Shown here: one piece after another, positions 9,900 to 23,325 of the stretch
Layout: every line of letters begins with the position of its first letter
How positions within the stretch are numbered: the stretch's first letter is position 1
Assembly (NCBI GenBank): GCA_965287045.1
Contig: OZ336885.1
Location: 64,170,001-64,234,000, forward strand
Reading direction: 5' to 3'
DNA from: Carcharhinus amblyrhynchos
Lineage: Eukaryota
Length of the DNA stretch: 64,000 nucleotides
Notes under the pieces: model-generated
What the model was told of the DNA's origin: nothing
The model's database searches: none
The model's input: only the letters and a program-made list of their open reading frames with translations
Position numbers and translations under genes: made by a program

Positions 9900-11416
9900 G
9901 AGAAGTTCGTCAGTAGCTGAAGTGTTCAAAAGTAGATGCATCGTGGGTACCTGATGGCTTGCACCTTCGGACATCAAAAATGTTGACAGTGATACTTGAT
10001 GTATTCGTTATTACATTACAAAACTTCCTGGATACTGGAAAAGTCCCGGTGCAAGGCACAACTGTGAAAATTCACCCTTATTTATGAAAATCAGACTGAC
10101 AAAGTGTGCAAAATTGTATACCAGTGAGTTTGACTTCTGTGGTGGGGAAGATTCTGGAATCAATTGTTAATGAGGAAGTGACTGAATATCTGGAGAAACA
10201 AAACGCAATTAATCAGTGTTAGCATCGTTTTGTGTTGGGCACATCTTGATTGACAAAGCTCAAAGAGTCCATGGAAGATGGAGGAAGATGGGATTTAATG
10301 GGAATCCTGCTGATGTCATCTATCGGGACTTCTCTAAGGCATTTGGTTGGTGCCTCACGAGATTCTTGTTCATATGGTTAGATCCTGATAGGTCGGGAGG
10401 AAAGTGCTGAGTTGCATTGAGGATCGGGTGCTTAATAGAAAACAGAGGGCTGGAATAAATGTGTCCTTTGTAAGTTGGCGATTTGTAACCAATGGGGTCC
10501 CACACGATCCAGTTATCAGACTACAATTATCTACACTCTCTGGCAATGATCTGCAAACAGGGCCAAAATGTCACACAGCGAAATTTGCTGACCAGATGGA
10601 AATAGGTGGGACAACAGGCTACGATAAGGAGATAAAACGTTTATAAATTGATATTGAAAGGCTGGAATGGACAAGGATTTGGCAGTGTTTTTAGTGTGGA
10701 TAAATTGTCGTCAACTCTCGCCAGAAAAAAATAATCAAATGGCACCTCAGTATTTATATGGGAATCTAAATCAAAGGGCTACTGTGCTGAAGGATTTCGA
10801 TGTCCTTGTGCATGAGTCTCAGAAAGTGAACATGAACATGCAGAATATTATAAGAAAGGCAAATGGAACCTTGACATTTATTGCAAAGGCTCTATAGTCC
10901 GTATGTAGTGGTAAAATTGCATAGGTCATTCGTGTGCTCTCCACTTGAAGTATTGCGTTCAGTCTTGGTCACCTTCGTTAAGGAAGATTCTGGTGGCACT
11001 GGAGGCGAGTAAGAAGATGCTCACTAGATTAATTCCAAATTTGAAGATGCTGCCGCATGAGAAGCAGTTAGTACCGTGGGCTACTACAGATGTTCCCCCT
11101 TCTAGCACAGATTCAGAGAAGAGTTAACAGTTGTCGACCAAGAGTTGTAGGGTCACGATTGAGGTGAGCAGCAGGTAGTTCTGACAAAGGAAGTGAATCT
11201 TTGTGAGACACTTCCTCATAGTGCAGTGAATAGGTAATGAATTTGAGGAAGTGTTGGTTATGTACATATTCGAAGTGTGATTAAATAGCTATGGTGAAAA
11301 GGCAGGGATGTGTAGCTTGGATGAGACAGAGATAAGATATGTTGATTATATAATGGTGGAACAGTTTCGAAGGATGACACACCTATTCAAGTTGGGAATT
11401 CCTATGTTCCTATGAT
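9900..11416 (+). mobile_element. Old CR1/L2-type LINE fragment (RT to 3' end); left boundary approximate
   Basis: Broken ORFs with DVIYRDFSKAF, VTNGVPH, AKFADQ, YCVQSWSP; (TTCCTATG)2 tail. Confidence 0.8.
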
Positions 11417-12194
11417 GTTGAGCTGCAAGCCCACTTCAGATCAGGTTAACAATTACTCACATGTCTTCTTGTGCAAGAGGAAGGACATTCATTGACGAAG
11501 AAATACATTTATCTTGAACGAATTTCTTGAAAAAGCCTTTTTTATCGTTTAATTTAAACCGTTATTTTCATTTTTACCATTGTTGGACAACTAAGTTGGG
11601 AAAACTTGCCTGATAATCTTATTTTTGATTCAGCTGCTGCAATCCGATAAATTGAACATACGCCTTTGGCAAGCCAAATGTTTGTTTCATCACCGTGAAT
11701 ATGATCGCATAAAGCTGTGTGCCTGTTTATTTTGGTGCAGAGTATTTCATTTGGCTTTTGACAACGTTGCATATTATAAAGCCCACAGTAAGAATAAGTG
11801 AGCTAAACAAAATGAAAGTAAAATAAACATAAATTATCAAAAAAAAGTTCACCGATAAGATGTATTTATATTTTATATACATTTGTTCACATGGCCCCAG
11901 TGTTTTACTTCTGACTCGTGTAAAATATACATGAGGCATTCAAACTGCCAGATATCTTACCAATAGCTGCATCGATCTGCGACAGATCTGCAATGGAAAT
12001 CGAATCTCCGTTCAGAGCAAACAAACAAAAAAAAACAAAATTCAACATTCGTTGGAACTTTTTTTATTGACATATTGGGCAAAAACAAATTCATCGCAGA
12101 ACTTGCAAAAAAAAACATGCATTTGATGTTTCCTGCAATCGTAATAAGCAGTTCAATTTGGCAGCAACTCTGTGTGCATGCAACCGAAAAAAAA

Positions 12195-14345
12195 AACATG
12201 GGAACAAAGAGGCTAGAAGCAGTACAGGCCGTTCTGCCCTCCGAGGCTGCTCAGCCTTTCACCTTCATCATGGCTCATAATCGATTCCTACATTCTGCAT
12301 CCCCCCTTCCTGTCATCACCTTATATTCCTTTGGCCTCAAGAGCTTTATCTAATTTCATTTTAAAATCAGGCAACATTTTGGCGTCAACTACATTCTATG
12401 ACAATGAATTCCACGCATGCACCACCCTCGAGCTGAAGAAATATCTCCTCAATTCACTTCTGAAACAGTTGACCCATTATCCTTAAATTATTACCGTTAG
12501 ATCATGACTCTCATCATTGGGGAAGTTCTTCCTGAATGTGCCTTGTGTAAACGTGTTGGAAAGTTATAAGTGTTTAAGGGTTCGTCTCTCACTCTCCTGC
12601 ATTCCGGTGAATATAATCCGGGTTGACATAGTCTCACCTAACATGACAGATCTGCCATCTTAGGAATCAGTCTGGAAAGAACATAAAACATAGAACATAA
12701 AAAAAAGAAAAAAAAAAGTACGGGCCGTTCGGCCCATAAGTTGTTCCGAACATATTCCTACCTTCTAGGCTTACCTATATTCCTCTATCTTACTATGTCT
12801 CATGTACTTACCCAAAAGTCTCTCATAAGTCTCTATCCGATCCGCCTCCACCACCACTGCCGCAGCTGACTCCACGCACCCACCATCCTCTGAGTGAAAA
12901 AAAAAACTTTCCCCTGTCATCTCCTCTGTACCTACTCCCTAGCACCCTAAACCTGCGTCCTCTTATGACAGCCATTTCAGCCCTAAGAAAAAAGCCTCTG
13001 ACAACCCTCTCGATCAAAACTACGCAATTTCTTATACACCTCTATCAGATCACCTCTCATCCTTCGTCTCTCTAAGGAGAAAAGGCCGAGCTCTCTCAGT
13101 CTATCCTCTTAACGCATGTCACCTAATCCAGATAAAATCCCCTAATCCAGATAAAATCCTTGTAAATCTCCTCTGCACCCGTTCTATGGCTTCCACATCT
13201 TTCCTGTAATGAGGCGACCAGAACTGAACACCGTGCTACAAGTGGGGTCTGACCAGGGTCTTTTCCAGCTGCAGCATTATCTCCAGACTCCTAAAGTCAA
13301 TCCCTCGATTAATGAAGGTAGATGCATCCTCTACCTGGAAGCTGATTTGAGTGTCCTATGAACCCGGACCCCAAGATCCTTCTCATCTTCGACGCTGCTA
13401 AGAGTTTTACGATTAGTATTATATTCCGTCATGACATTTGACATGCCAAAATGAACCACCACACACTTATTTGGGTTAAAGTTCATCTGCCTCTTCTCCA
13501 CTCAGTCTTGCACCCTATCTATGTCTCGTTTCAATTTCTGTCATCCCTCCAACCTATTCACAACACCTCCATCCTTTGTGTCATCGGCAAACTTAAAAAC
13601 CCACCCCTCCACTTCCTCATCCAGGTGAGTTATAAAAATCAGAAAGAGAGTCGTTTATTAAAAAAAAAACAAAGAGCCTAACAAACCGTCGCTGTGTTCC
13701 CTCCATATTTTTCCAAGGTGAGAACACCAATGCTGCATACACTACTTCAAATCTGGTCTTTCCAACGCCCTATATATGTGCAGCAAAACATCTTTATCCC
13801 GATACTCAAATCCTCTCGATACGAAGGCCAACACAATATCAGTTCGTTTTACTGTCTGCTTTTCCTGCGCGTGCACTTTCAGCAAGTGGTGTTCAAGGAC
13901 TCCAAATTCACCTGAGTCTCCACCTCTCTCAATGCATGATCATTCAAATAATAATCGGCCTTCCCGTTGAAGCTGGAAAAAGTGCGTAATCTCACATGTA
14001 GCCACATAATACTGCATCTTCCATGCAGATGCCCACATATGTAGCCTGTCCAGGTCACGCTCAAGCATCTCTGTATGCTATTCCCATGTAACTCTCCCAC
14101 CCAACACTGCATCATCTGCAAATTGTGAGATAACACATTCAGTTTCCTCTTCCAAATCATATCTTGAACAGTGGGGTTGAGCATATATCCTTGCAGAACA
14201 CCACTAGTTCAATTGAAAAGAAAGCATTTATGCCAAATCAAATTTTCTAACTAGTTTTATTTCCATCTCAAGGCAGTGCCTTCAATCCATATGTTTTACC
14301 TCCGTCGAATAGTCTGTTATGTGAGATCTTGTCCAAAGCTTCTAT
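12195..14345 (-). mobile_element. Old CR1 3' fragment split by a younger CR1 insertion
   Basis: Minus-strand RT-region remnants on both sides of 12678-13655 are colinear; tail-like ACATGGGAAC...GCCGTTCTGCCC at the left end. Confidence 0.7.
12678..13655 (-). mobile_element. CR1 3' fragment nested in the older CR1
   Basis: AGAACAT-type tail and GGCCGTTCGGCCCA at the left end; reverse-complement RT C-terminal sequence. Confidence 0.8.
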
Positions 14346-15428
14346 GTCATAAATAAAGTATGCATGCAGGAACGGGAATATTAGGATTTATTATTGTTTT
14401 TTATTTAGTTTGGAGTGCCAATAGATAAACATATACGTGTCTCCCCTTAATTGTTTCAATTGTCGAATTAAGATCATGGTTGTTATCAAAACAAACTACT
14501 CTTTGCGTTTACTTCTGCGACTCGAAAATATTAACATATTCATACCTGCTCTGGATAGCGTCAATTCTGTGACTAAGGTGTTTCCCATTTGCAGGACGGC
14601 ATATGCTTGTCTTCTGTCAACAGCTGACGATTTCGTCATTGAAATTCACCTCTTGTCAGGTGGTTTACAATGTTGTGTTGGCTGTTATTGTTTTTATATT
14701 TGTAACATCCTTTAAAATGTTCTGTTGGCTGTTAAAATTATATATTTACAACATTCCTGTTTTTTTTTCTCGCATTTTACGAGGCATAGCCATGGCAGGG
14801 GATGCATTTTTTTTTGGGGGGGGGGGGAGGGGGGGGGGTGGCTGCGCCATCGGCAGACACTATAACTGAGTAAAATGAATTAGTGATACAAACTTCCCGC
14901 ATATTTACCCCTCGGCGAACTCAATCTTTTGCAGCTCAACGAAGTCGATAAATATGCAATTTTACCTCAGTTATTTGTTGGGGAATTCGAGGCGATAACT
15001 TTTAAGAATTCTTCCTTTTCTCATGTTCAACATCTGCTCGGCCTAATGCTGCGAAGTACAGTCATTATTAACGTTTGCAACACCAGATGTGTAATCGTAT
15101 CGTGTAATGTCGCAGAGAAAGCAAATTCTGAGAAACCCTTCCAAATGCAGTTCACATCTGCCGGCACCCGCTTAATCTTAGTCTAGTGCCATTTGCTGTG
15201 CAAAACGCTCTATTTCCTAACTTGCATTGTCCACGAAAGGATATTCTGGTAACTTGTTTGAAGAGGTTCGATCAGTCTGCAACCATAGAGCCGAACTTCC
15301 AGCCGCTTTCCAATTCAATTCACCACCTGAGTTCAGAGCGCAGAATGCTGTATCTGGAAAAATGATTCTGTAATGCCCATGCAACAGTGTTCTGATCGCG
15401 TGATTCTCAAGTTGTCAAACAATCCGCA

Positions 15429-15748
15429 TTTTTTTTTTTTGTTCACTTTATTTCAATCCAATCCAGTCAAATTAAAGCCAATTCAGAATCCCAACAATTT
15501 GGGGCATTCCTGATCCACGCTGACAAGGCAGGGCTCTCACCACCTGTCTTGGGCTTGATTTACATGATCCAAGCTGATTGGAATTGGTGTAGCTCCTCCT
15601 CTAAGGCTTGATCTAATTTGCATCTTAGCCAAAAAGCCGAGATGCCGCTTTAAAAATTTGCTTCAAGCGAAGCTAAATTGCAACCCAATGGCTTCAATCA
15701 AGCGCAGCATGTCGATACTACACTTGATCTTAGCCAAAAGGCTGAGAA
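15429..15748 (-). mobile_element. U2-snRNA-headed polyadenylated retroelement (probably Keno/Tx1-derived or SINEU-like)
   Basis: Minus strand: U2 5' fragment, second U2-like copy, structured 3' region, AATAAA and A12 tail. Confidence 0.7.
15714..15748 (-). pseudogene. RNU2: U2 snRNA 5' fragment (nt ~6-40)
   Basis: TTCTCAGCCTTTTGGCTAAGATCAAGTGTAGTATC matches the vertebrate U2 5' end with one mismatch; no U2 3' half follows. Confidence 0.85.
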
Positions 15749-16234
15749 TGAACCAAGCGGCAACTCTTCAACTGAACGCATGTGGTGCAAGTCCTCGTGT
15801 TCCGTTGTTTTCATATTGTGCAATATCACACTTCTGTCGGTATTAGTGCAGCAATTGCTGAGGTCGGGTCATTTGGTGGTGAGTGTTTCAGTTAGATAGA
15901 TTGAAATAATTGTTGGTGTGGAATACAGCTTGGTGCCACGAACTTTTTTTGTGCTCTACGTAGAAGATTAAACAAGGGCACATCACCCCTTGTCTAACAC
16001 TAGGGTGTTATGTCTCACAGTCTGTAGGCAAAAAATAATGTATGAATACTGAGGACAATGCATTTGAAGCTTTCTGAAATTGACGAATCTGTCAGAACAA
16101 CCCACAAACATAAAATCTGCTGAAAATATTACTGTTTCTCATTCTGTTATATTACGTGAGTATCATGTATTTAGGTGTCACCTTTCTGAGTTACAGAGAA
16201 CGTTTGAATAGTTCGGATTTTATTTCCTGTAATG

Positions 16235-16626
16235 TGGAAGAGTGAGGGGCGATTTAATAAAGGTGTATAACATTATGGTGGGTATAGGTGGGGTGAATGC
16301 GAGCAGCCTTTTGTTTTCCATTGAGGCTGGGAAAAATAGAGTATATGGGTTAAGGGTGAAGTGTGAAAAGTTTGAAGGGATTATGGAGGTGGGAGACTTC
16401 TTCACACAGAGAGTGGTGGGAGTGTAAAATAAGCTGTCAGGTGAAGTGGTGAAATCAGGCTTACTTTTAACATGTAAGTAAATAAGCTTGGACAGGTACA
16501 TGGATGAGAGGGGTGTGGAGGGATATGGCCCAGTTGCAGTTCAGTGGGACGAGGCAGAAAAATGGTTCGGCACAGCGAAGGAAGGACAAAAGTTCTGTTC
16601 TACGCTCTAATGTTCTATGGTTCTAA
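16235..16626 (+). mobile_element. CR1 3'-terminal fragment
   Basis: RGDLIKVYNIM...DFFTQRVVGV; TTCTA(TG) tail. Confidence 0.85.
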
Positions 16627-17736
16627 TGACTGAAAACAGAAGGGATGTGTTAATCATGAGCTGAAGCTTCTCACCTCCTGGTCCAAAATGCGGAATGCTG
16701 CCTGGAAGCAAATATTATAACCGTTATTTGAAGATGGATTTGAATTGGTGCCTGAGGTACACAATGATTAATAGAAGACCACACTCCGTCAATAATGTTC
16801 GAACAACAGTTATAATTGTGTTCTTTTTATCATTTCCCAAATTGCACTGTATTAATTTACATTTTTTTTGAGGCAGCACTGTATCTGTGGAATAGCTGAT
16901 CCTGTATTTCACCAATTTTTGCCAGGCAATTAAATACTTCCTGCATCAATTCAAGTAATGTTGGTTACTGTGTTAACAGTGAGTAAAATAAAAAAAAAAT
17001 AAATTCGTTTTAAATGTTTCCTCGAATTAATGAACAATGCAATGGCTTTGAAAGTAAAAAAAATATATTTTACTCCGTTTGCAAATGTCGGCATAATCTC
17101 GTCTGATCTGTGTTTCAAACCCAGACACGCTTACAGTATAAATTGCGAATATAATCTGAGACCTATAAACAAATCAAGTACCGATGCAATTCTGCTTCGT
17201 CTTGTCATATTTAAAACACAATAACTGGAAATTTCAATGTAAGAGCAGCAATAAGCAAGGACCAAGTCTGAGATCAGGAATCATAATTATTTCACGTGAC
17301 TGCAGCAGCAATCCATTATGGTCTGTTGTTCCACAGTTGTGGTTAGTCGATAAGGGAGAACACAATTAGTTGTTAATTCGGCAGCGCAAAATCAAGGTGA
17401 AAAATCTAATTTGAAATTCTACGTTCGAAAGGAATCGTGAGACGTTAAAGACCACTTTAATCCTGGAGTGTTGCTCTCCAAAGTTGTGGCGGTGCAAATA
17501 TAAATGCAGCATAGTGCAGTAGGGAATGGGTTAATGAACCGTGTAATACTTGGACATTGGTAAAACAAAAGTATTGTAAGATTTGTTTTCAATTTGTTTC
17601 CGTGTGTCCCAGACAAAAAGACGGCAGCTGCCCTTGCTGTTGTACACAAATTTATGATAGCCTGTTCAGAAAAGTAGCTGACCCAGTTCGTATCTATGTT
17701 TGTGTCTTTAACATTATGGACTTCTGCCTAACATAG

Positions 17737-18273
17737 TGAAACTTAGCTTTCATACCATAAACATATTCATATATATTCGTTATGTACTGCTTGTGTGTCA
17801 TGTATCAGCACATTATATGCTATACGATGTACGAATTTGAAATTGTTTTGTACCGGCCTGGCTAAGTTTAATTTGTTTTTCCAGCCACTCCGTTAGCTAA
17901 GAGCTAATCACACCGCCGACAATTGCGGCCTTGAGAAAACCATGAAGAAACGCTATGGCAGCCATGTTCCCATGATGAAGAACAAAGCCACAGCCTGGAA
18001 ACCCGCTGAGAATGAGAAGATGCAGACGTGAAATGGGGTTGGGGGGTGGGGTGGGGGGGCGGGGGGGGGCGGGGGGGGGGGTGAGGATGTGGGGGAGGTG
18101 GTGGTGGAAGGCGTGGGGGGAGCTGGCGGTATAAACACGTGCTCTTAAATTGTGTTCGGAGAGAAGCCTGGGGAACGGCTGTTAGGTACCAGGTTTATCT
18201 CCCAAAAGGTTTTGAATAAACTTGCTGTACTTCGACTTGCATTTGGTCTCAGAGGTATATTTTACCTATAACA
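17737..18273 (+). mobile_element. Probable solo LTR (left boundary uncertain)
   Basis: TATAAA 18130, GGAGAGAAGCCTGG...CCAGGTTTATCTCC hairpin, AATAAA 18215, ends TAACA; candidate ATAG 4-bp TSD at 17733-17736 / 18274-18277. Confidence 0.5.
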
Positions 18274-21200
18274 ATAGGGACGTGTGCAGTGCGGCAAAAA
18301 GCTAAAGAGCTATTGTGTTAGCTTGGAAGTTATTTCGACGAAGGAGAACATTTTGTCAAATAAACTATTTGACCATAATCTGCAGTCGATGCTTTGCCTG
18401 ATATATAGGTGGCATTTTCGCTTTTATGACAGAGAAATACATTCATAATATTTACTTTTTTTTACGAATATAAGCGTTGGCAGCAGTCATGCTCTTGCTC
18501 TTAAAAAGTTTATTTCTTTACTTATCCTTATCCAACTGACCTTTCTGCACGTTTTCACAATCTAAAACAATACAATAGATCTCAATTTATCTTGTACCCT
18601 TCACTCAGAACTGTTTCAAATGTCGTTGGTTAAGTGCTTCATCAAGGTTATGTATAAACTATACATGTAATCACACCATCTGGCTGATTTAGATAATTAT
18701 TTGAAGAATAAAATAATTAAATAATGGTATGTAAATTCTCTGGAGAACAAGCCTGACCTTTCTGCCCTTCCTTCTGGAATATACTTGACTGAAGGGAGAA
18801 AAAGTATTCGAGTAGGTCGACTGGGCGCAACACAGCGGCTGCCACCTTCTTCATTCATAATTTGAAGTGTTATCCTGAATGGGGCCAAACGGAATTCGCT
18901 GTGAAAGTTTTAAGAACAATTTCGCCGTTTTGAACTCCGAAGCAAAATCCAATGAAAATTTATATGGTATAGTTCGTCATCAGCATTGAAATATTTGTTT
19001 GCTCGAAGGATATCCAGCACTTTATTCAGCTTAGCAATGTGAGAAGTGTCCTGTTGCGAATATTATCCAGACCTAGCAGATTCTGGGGAGATTAAACAAA
19101 AAAAAATGCGCGTCCACTCAAAATATTACAGGCTTTAATATGTTGACAGATTGCAGTCACTCACAATCAAGACTGCCTGTCATCATATGCGCCTTGTAAG
19201 GAAGGAGTGATCTGATCAGTCACGTAAAATGGAAGGGCATACAAAGTGGTTTTGACAATAACTAACAGAATGCAATTTTGTGCCAGAGCAAAGTTGGCTA
19301 TTCGTTATCACATGATGTCTTTCAGATCTCTTGATACTTTCACTTACATCCACGGAATGTTCATTTCCGTCAGACCAAGCCTTCAAAATCCTAACTTGAT
19401 TAATTAATCCATAGAACCGAGTGTCAGTCTTTCCATTTTTAATGCGGATGTCAGCCAGGCCACGTTTTGCAAATTGGCCCAGGACCGAATGCATGATGTT
19501 TTGTTTTTTGGTGTCTTAATATCCACAGTTTGATTTTAAATGCAAAAGCAAATTGCACGATATCCTAGACGGCAAATTAAAAATAAAAAGAAACACAATA
19601 GTATAACATGTTTACCTTTTTTTAAATCATCCAATACTTTGGCTGTGGAGTCAAGGGGGCAAATACACAATGAAAATATTTAGTTAGCAAAACATAAGAT
19701 ATAAAATAAAGAATGTGCATTCATTCCTCAATCACTCTTTGTTCATCTGCGAAATGTAATTCTTACAATTAGATTTGGGCAACTTCTTTCTCGTGCTGAG
19801 CATTGATGAGGAAGAACCAGCTAATGTCTTATCCAGACATTCCTTGAATTGCTTTTCTGCTGAATGTGGGTAGACTATTGAGATCGTAAATGGAACAACC
19901 ATGACAGATCTTGCCATCCTTGTGAAGGAGTCACCAATAATGGACGCAAATTTAGAAGATTTTTTTTTCTGAACGGTGGTTCACATTCCAAATGAAATGG
20001 AATTCAATGATTAAGGATTTATGAAAATTATGCAAACCCTTAAAGAGACCAGACCTCATGCGGTACCTGCAGTACTTGTTAGTATAAGAGAATATATAAA
20101 CCATAACATTGGTCTTAGTTTACGGCAAATTAATTTATGAGATAAAGGATTTAGCTGAGCGACAATTTTTGAACATTCTCTCCCTTTTTACACACTTGTT
20201 GAAACTGTGCCAGTGGAAAATAATGTTGTGATTTCCAGCAGATGTCTATTTGTCGGGTTCAGGAACAGTTGTTCTCTTCATCTCATTATGATTGACATTC
20301 TTGCATTCAATGTCGACGTTTTTTTATGCAAACACAATCAGAAAATGTATGTTATTACTGTTGGTTTTGAGGAAAAAAAATCACATGACGGAAAAAGGTT
20401 ACGCCCAAATGGCAGACATGTTGTTTTTGTTTAAATATACATGCAAATGACATCATAATTATTACAATATACAAGTGATTCTAGAAATCTGTAATGAAAG
20501 CGAAAATGCTGGAAAATAACGCAGGTTTGGATGTAGCTGTGTAAGAATATACATAGCCAAGGAGGCAATCCTAATTGTTGTTTCAACTTAAAATGCGGGA
20601 CTGTCCTCTATTTTGTAGCTCAAATAGATGCTGGTGCAGCGGGATCAGGCTGTACTGCCAATAATAATTGAGAACTAGGAACATTTGCCATGCATGATAT
20701 CGACACAGTTGGAAATGAATCCCAATGCAACGTGTTAAATAGTAAACTCGTTTCTCCTATGTACACGATCGCACAAATCGCCTTGACTGCAGCAGGTCAA
20801 GCACCGATGACTGCAAAATGTAAGAAAAATGCTAAATAGCCTTGCGTCTACGGCAAAGAGGGTCCGTTGAGAAAAAAAAACAAAGACTTTATAACGGGTG
20901 TCAAATACAGGAAAGAGTTTTGTTCCAAACTTCTGGACTCAAATGTAAAGGATAACAAAAATGGCAGATGTGTTGCTGTTAACGTTAGAGTTCACGCAAG
21001 ACAAACGGAGGCCAAATGCCTGAGAGCAAGTCCACTCTTCATTTCCAGGGATGAGTCACTTAGGCTCAAGGGTTAAATTTTCATGCATTTCCAACAGATG
21101 TTGCCAGATCTCCCCCTCTCCACCAACGCAATTAACGAATGACCCCACCCTCGCAGCTATCAACTGTATTTCTTCAAACAAATTCAAGTCAGCCGAATCA

Positions 21201-22961
21201 ATAGACTAATAAAACATATTGCGATTTTGTTTCTTTTTGATCAACTGTGCATTCAATTTCCTGCAGAATGTAACAGGGTGGACATGTTTACAACTCTGAT
21301 GACACTCTTATCTTCATTGATCATATCCAGCGAGGCAGGGGACGCGCACAGAAAAAGAAAACGGAATTCTATAGCTGATGCATCCCGCGAGGCCTACTCT
21401 GCATGTTATTTGACGGAAACAATTATGCACATTGCTTGAGAGGCTAAGATGTGATTAAACGACAGAGGGACAATGGTACACCTCTTCTCTGCCTGTGATT
21501 ATCTTTCACATTATCTCTTCCCAAACTTACTCTAACCAACCGCTGCATTGACGTAAAACACTTCCTACGTTTTTGGAATGTGAATTTCGTATTGAGTCGA
21601 CTAATGATGTTAGGACTATTTCTTATTTGAATACGCCAGTTCTACTGTAAAAAGAATATTCCATCAACAACTATCCTGTGTTAACTTCTGGATGTAGCCT
21701 TGACTATTTCTCATTAATACTTTCTTGTGCATTCAGATATTACAATTGATACACATTCTGCACACCTTGTAATGTCATCAGTAACAATTTAGATTAGGCA
21801 GGACGTGGTAGGAAAAATACTGATCTTTTGACGTTTCAGCAGCACATGACCCGTTTTCGAGATGTTGGCAGCATCTCTGATAATATATTCGCATGGTTTG
21901 CTAAAAGTGGAAACGGGCATTTTGCTTTTCAAGTTCAACTTTCAGAGAAGGTTTAAATTATGACCCAAGCCTGACAAGTTCAAACTTACGAGTATGAAGG
22001 TAACCTAACGATGTGCTGGTAAAGTCAGGTAGCTAATAAAAACGAAGGCATCTCGTGATACAATTCCACTTGATGTTACCACTGTTCATGCAAATCACTG
22101 AATGAAAACAGATTCGTCAAGTTTTATCTTGTTATTTGTGACGGGAAAGGGTAGAGTCACGGGGTTCAGATTGAAAAGCAGCAACATAAAGAAACATTTC
22201 CTAGAATCCCGACAATGCAGAAGGATATTTAATTATTTAAGGCCAATTTTAAAAATGTATTATTTCACAATAAGTGCACTCCTCCTGAAAGTTTAACTAT
22301 GTTTTGCTTTGGTTTAGGACGATTAGAGAGGTTGCCAGAATTTAATTCTGATTTTCTCAAAAACTAATTCGTTCATATCAACGAACAAACGCGTTGTGGT
22401 TCAACGCTCCATAGTTTGAATGACAAAGGACATTTGATCAAATTTCTGGCAAAAAATAATTAAATCGATTGCAAAGGCAACAATGGCACACCTCTGACAC
22501 ACATGTTTTCACTGGAAATCGTACTTTCACGCAACTCATTCGAAACTGCACTCTCAAACAACACAATATGTAATCTTCTCCCACTCAATGCTTGCAGCAG
22601 ATTATCCATGTCTATACTAATATGGTGGATGGAGATTTAAATTTCAATCTCCTAATGACGCTTTGCATATTTGTGATTTTAAATAGCAACTCGCTTGACT
22701 TGACTGACTGTGCCATACGTTGCGTGGGAAACAATTTCTGTGAACATAATTCTGAAACATATTGTTGTTGTTCCGTCATTTGGCCCAGTTCAGCATTGTA
22801 AAACGTATGCAGCCGCAACGTTTCTTCTAATAATGAAAACATACTTACAAAGCTTGCTCAGTGCTTCTTTGAACGCTGTTTAGAAGAAACGATATTCCTA
22901 ATTATTGTCTGTGGGAATGCACCCCTTCTTTATAATGACAATGCAGCATATTTCTCTTGAA

Positions 22962-23325
22962 TGGGCGGTCGATAGCACAGTGGTTAGCATTGCTGCCTAA
23001 AGTGAAAGCTTCACAGTGAAAACAATACAGAATCGACCTGGGTTCGATTCCCGGCTCGAGTTGCTGTCTGTGTGGAGTTTGCACATTCACCTCGTGTCTA
23101 TGTGGGTTTCCTCCAGCTGCTCTGGTTTCCTCCCACAGTCTAACGATGTACGGGTTAGGATGATTGGCTATACTGAAAATGTCCCTTATTGACTTGGGAT
23201 GCGTAGGATAGATTAGTGTGTAAACATGTCGGGATATGGAGTGAGGGTCTGGGTTTCACTGTGGTCGGTGCAGACTTAATGGGCTGAATGACCTCTTTCT
23301 GCACTGTAGAGTTATATGATTCTAA
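22962..23325 (+). mobile_element. tRNA-derived V-domain SINE (HE1-like)
   Basis: A box TAGCACAGTGG, B box GGTTCGATTCC, V-domain TGTGTGGAGTTTGCAC...GGTTTCCTCC...GGTTTCCTCCCAC, CR1-like tail. Confidence 0.9.

Noticed and set aside
13122-13159. 19-bp tandem duplication CCTAATCCAGATAAAATCC
   Set aside because: Local slippage within a dead CR1; two units only, not a CRISPR-like array
15714-15748. Functional U2 snRNA gene
   Set aside because: Only ~35 nt of the 5' end; no Sm site or 3' stem-loops
22970-23055. tRNA gene
   Set aside because: A/B boxes belong to a SINE head followed by a V-domain; no cloverleaf
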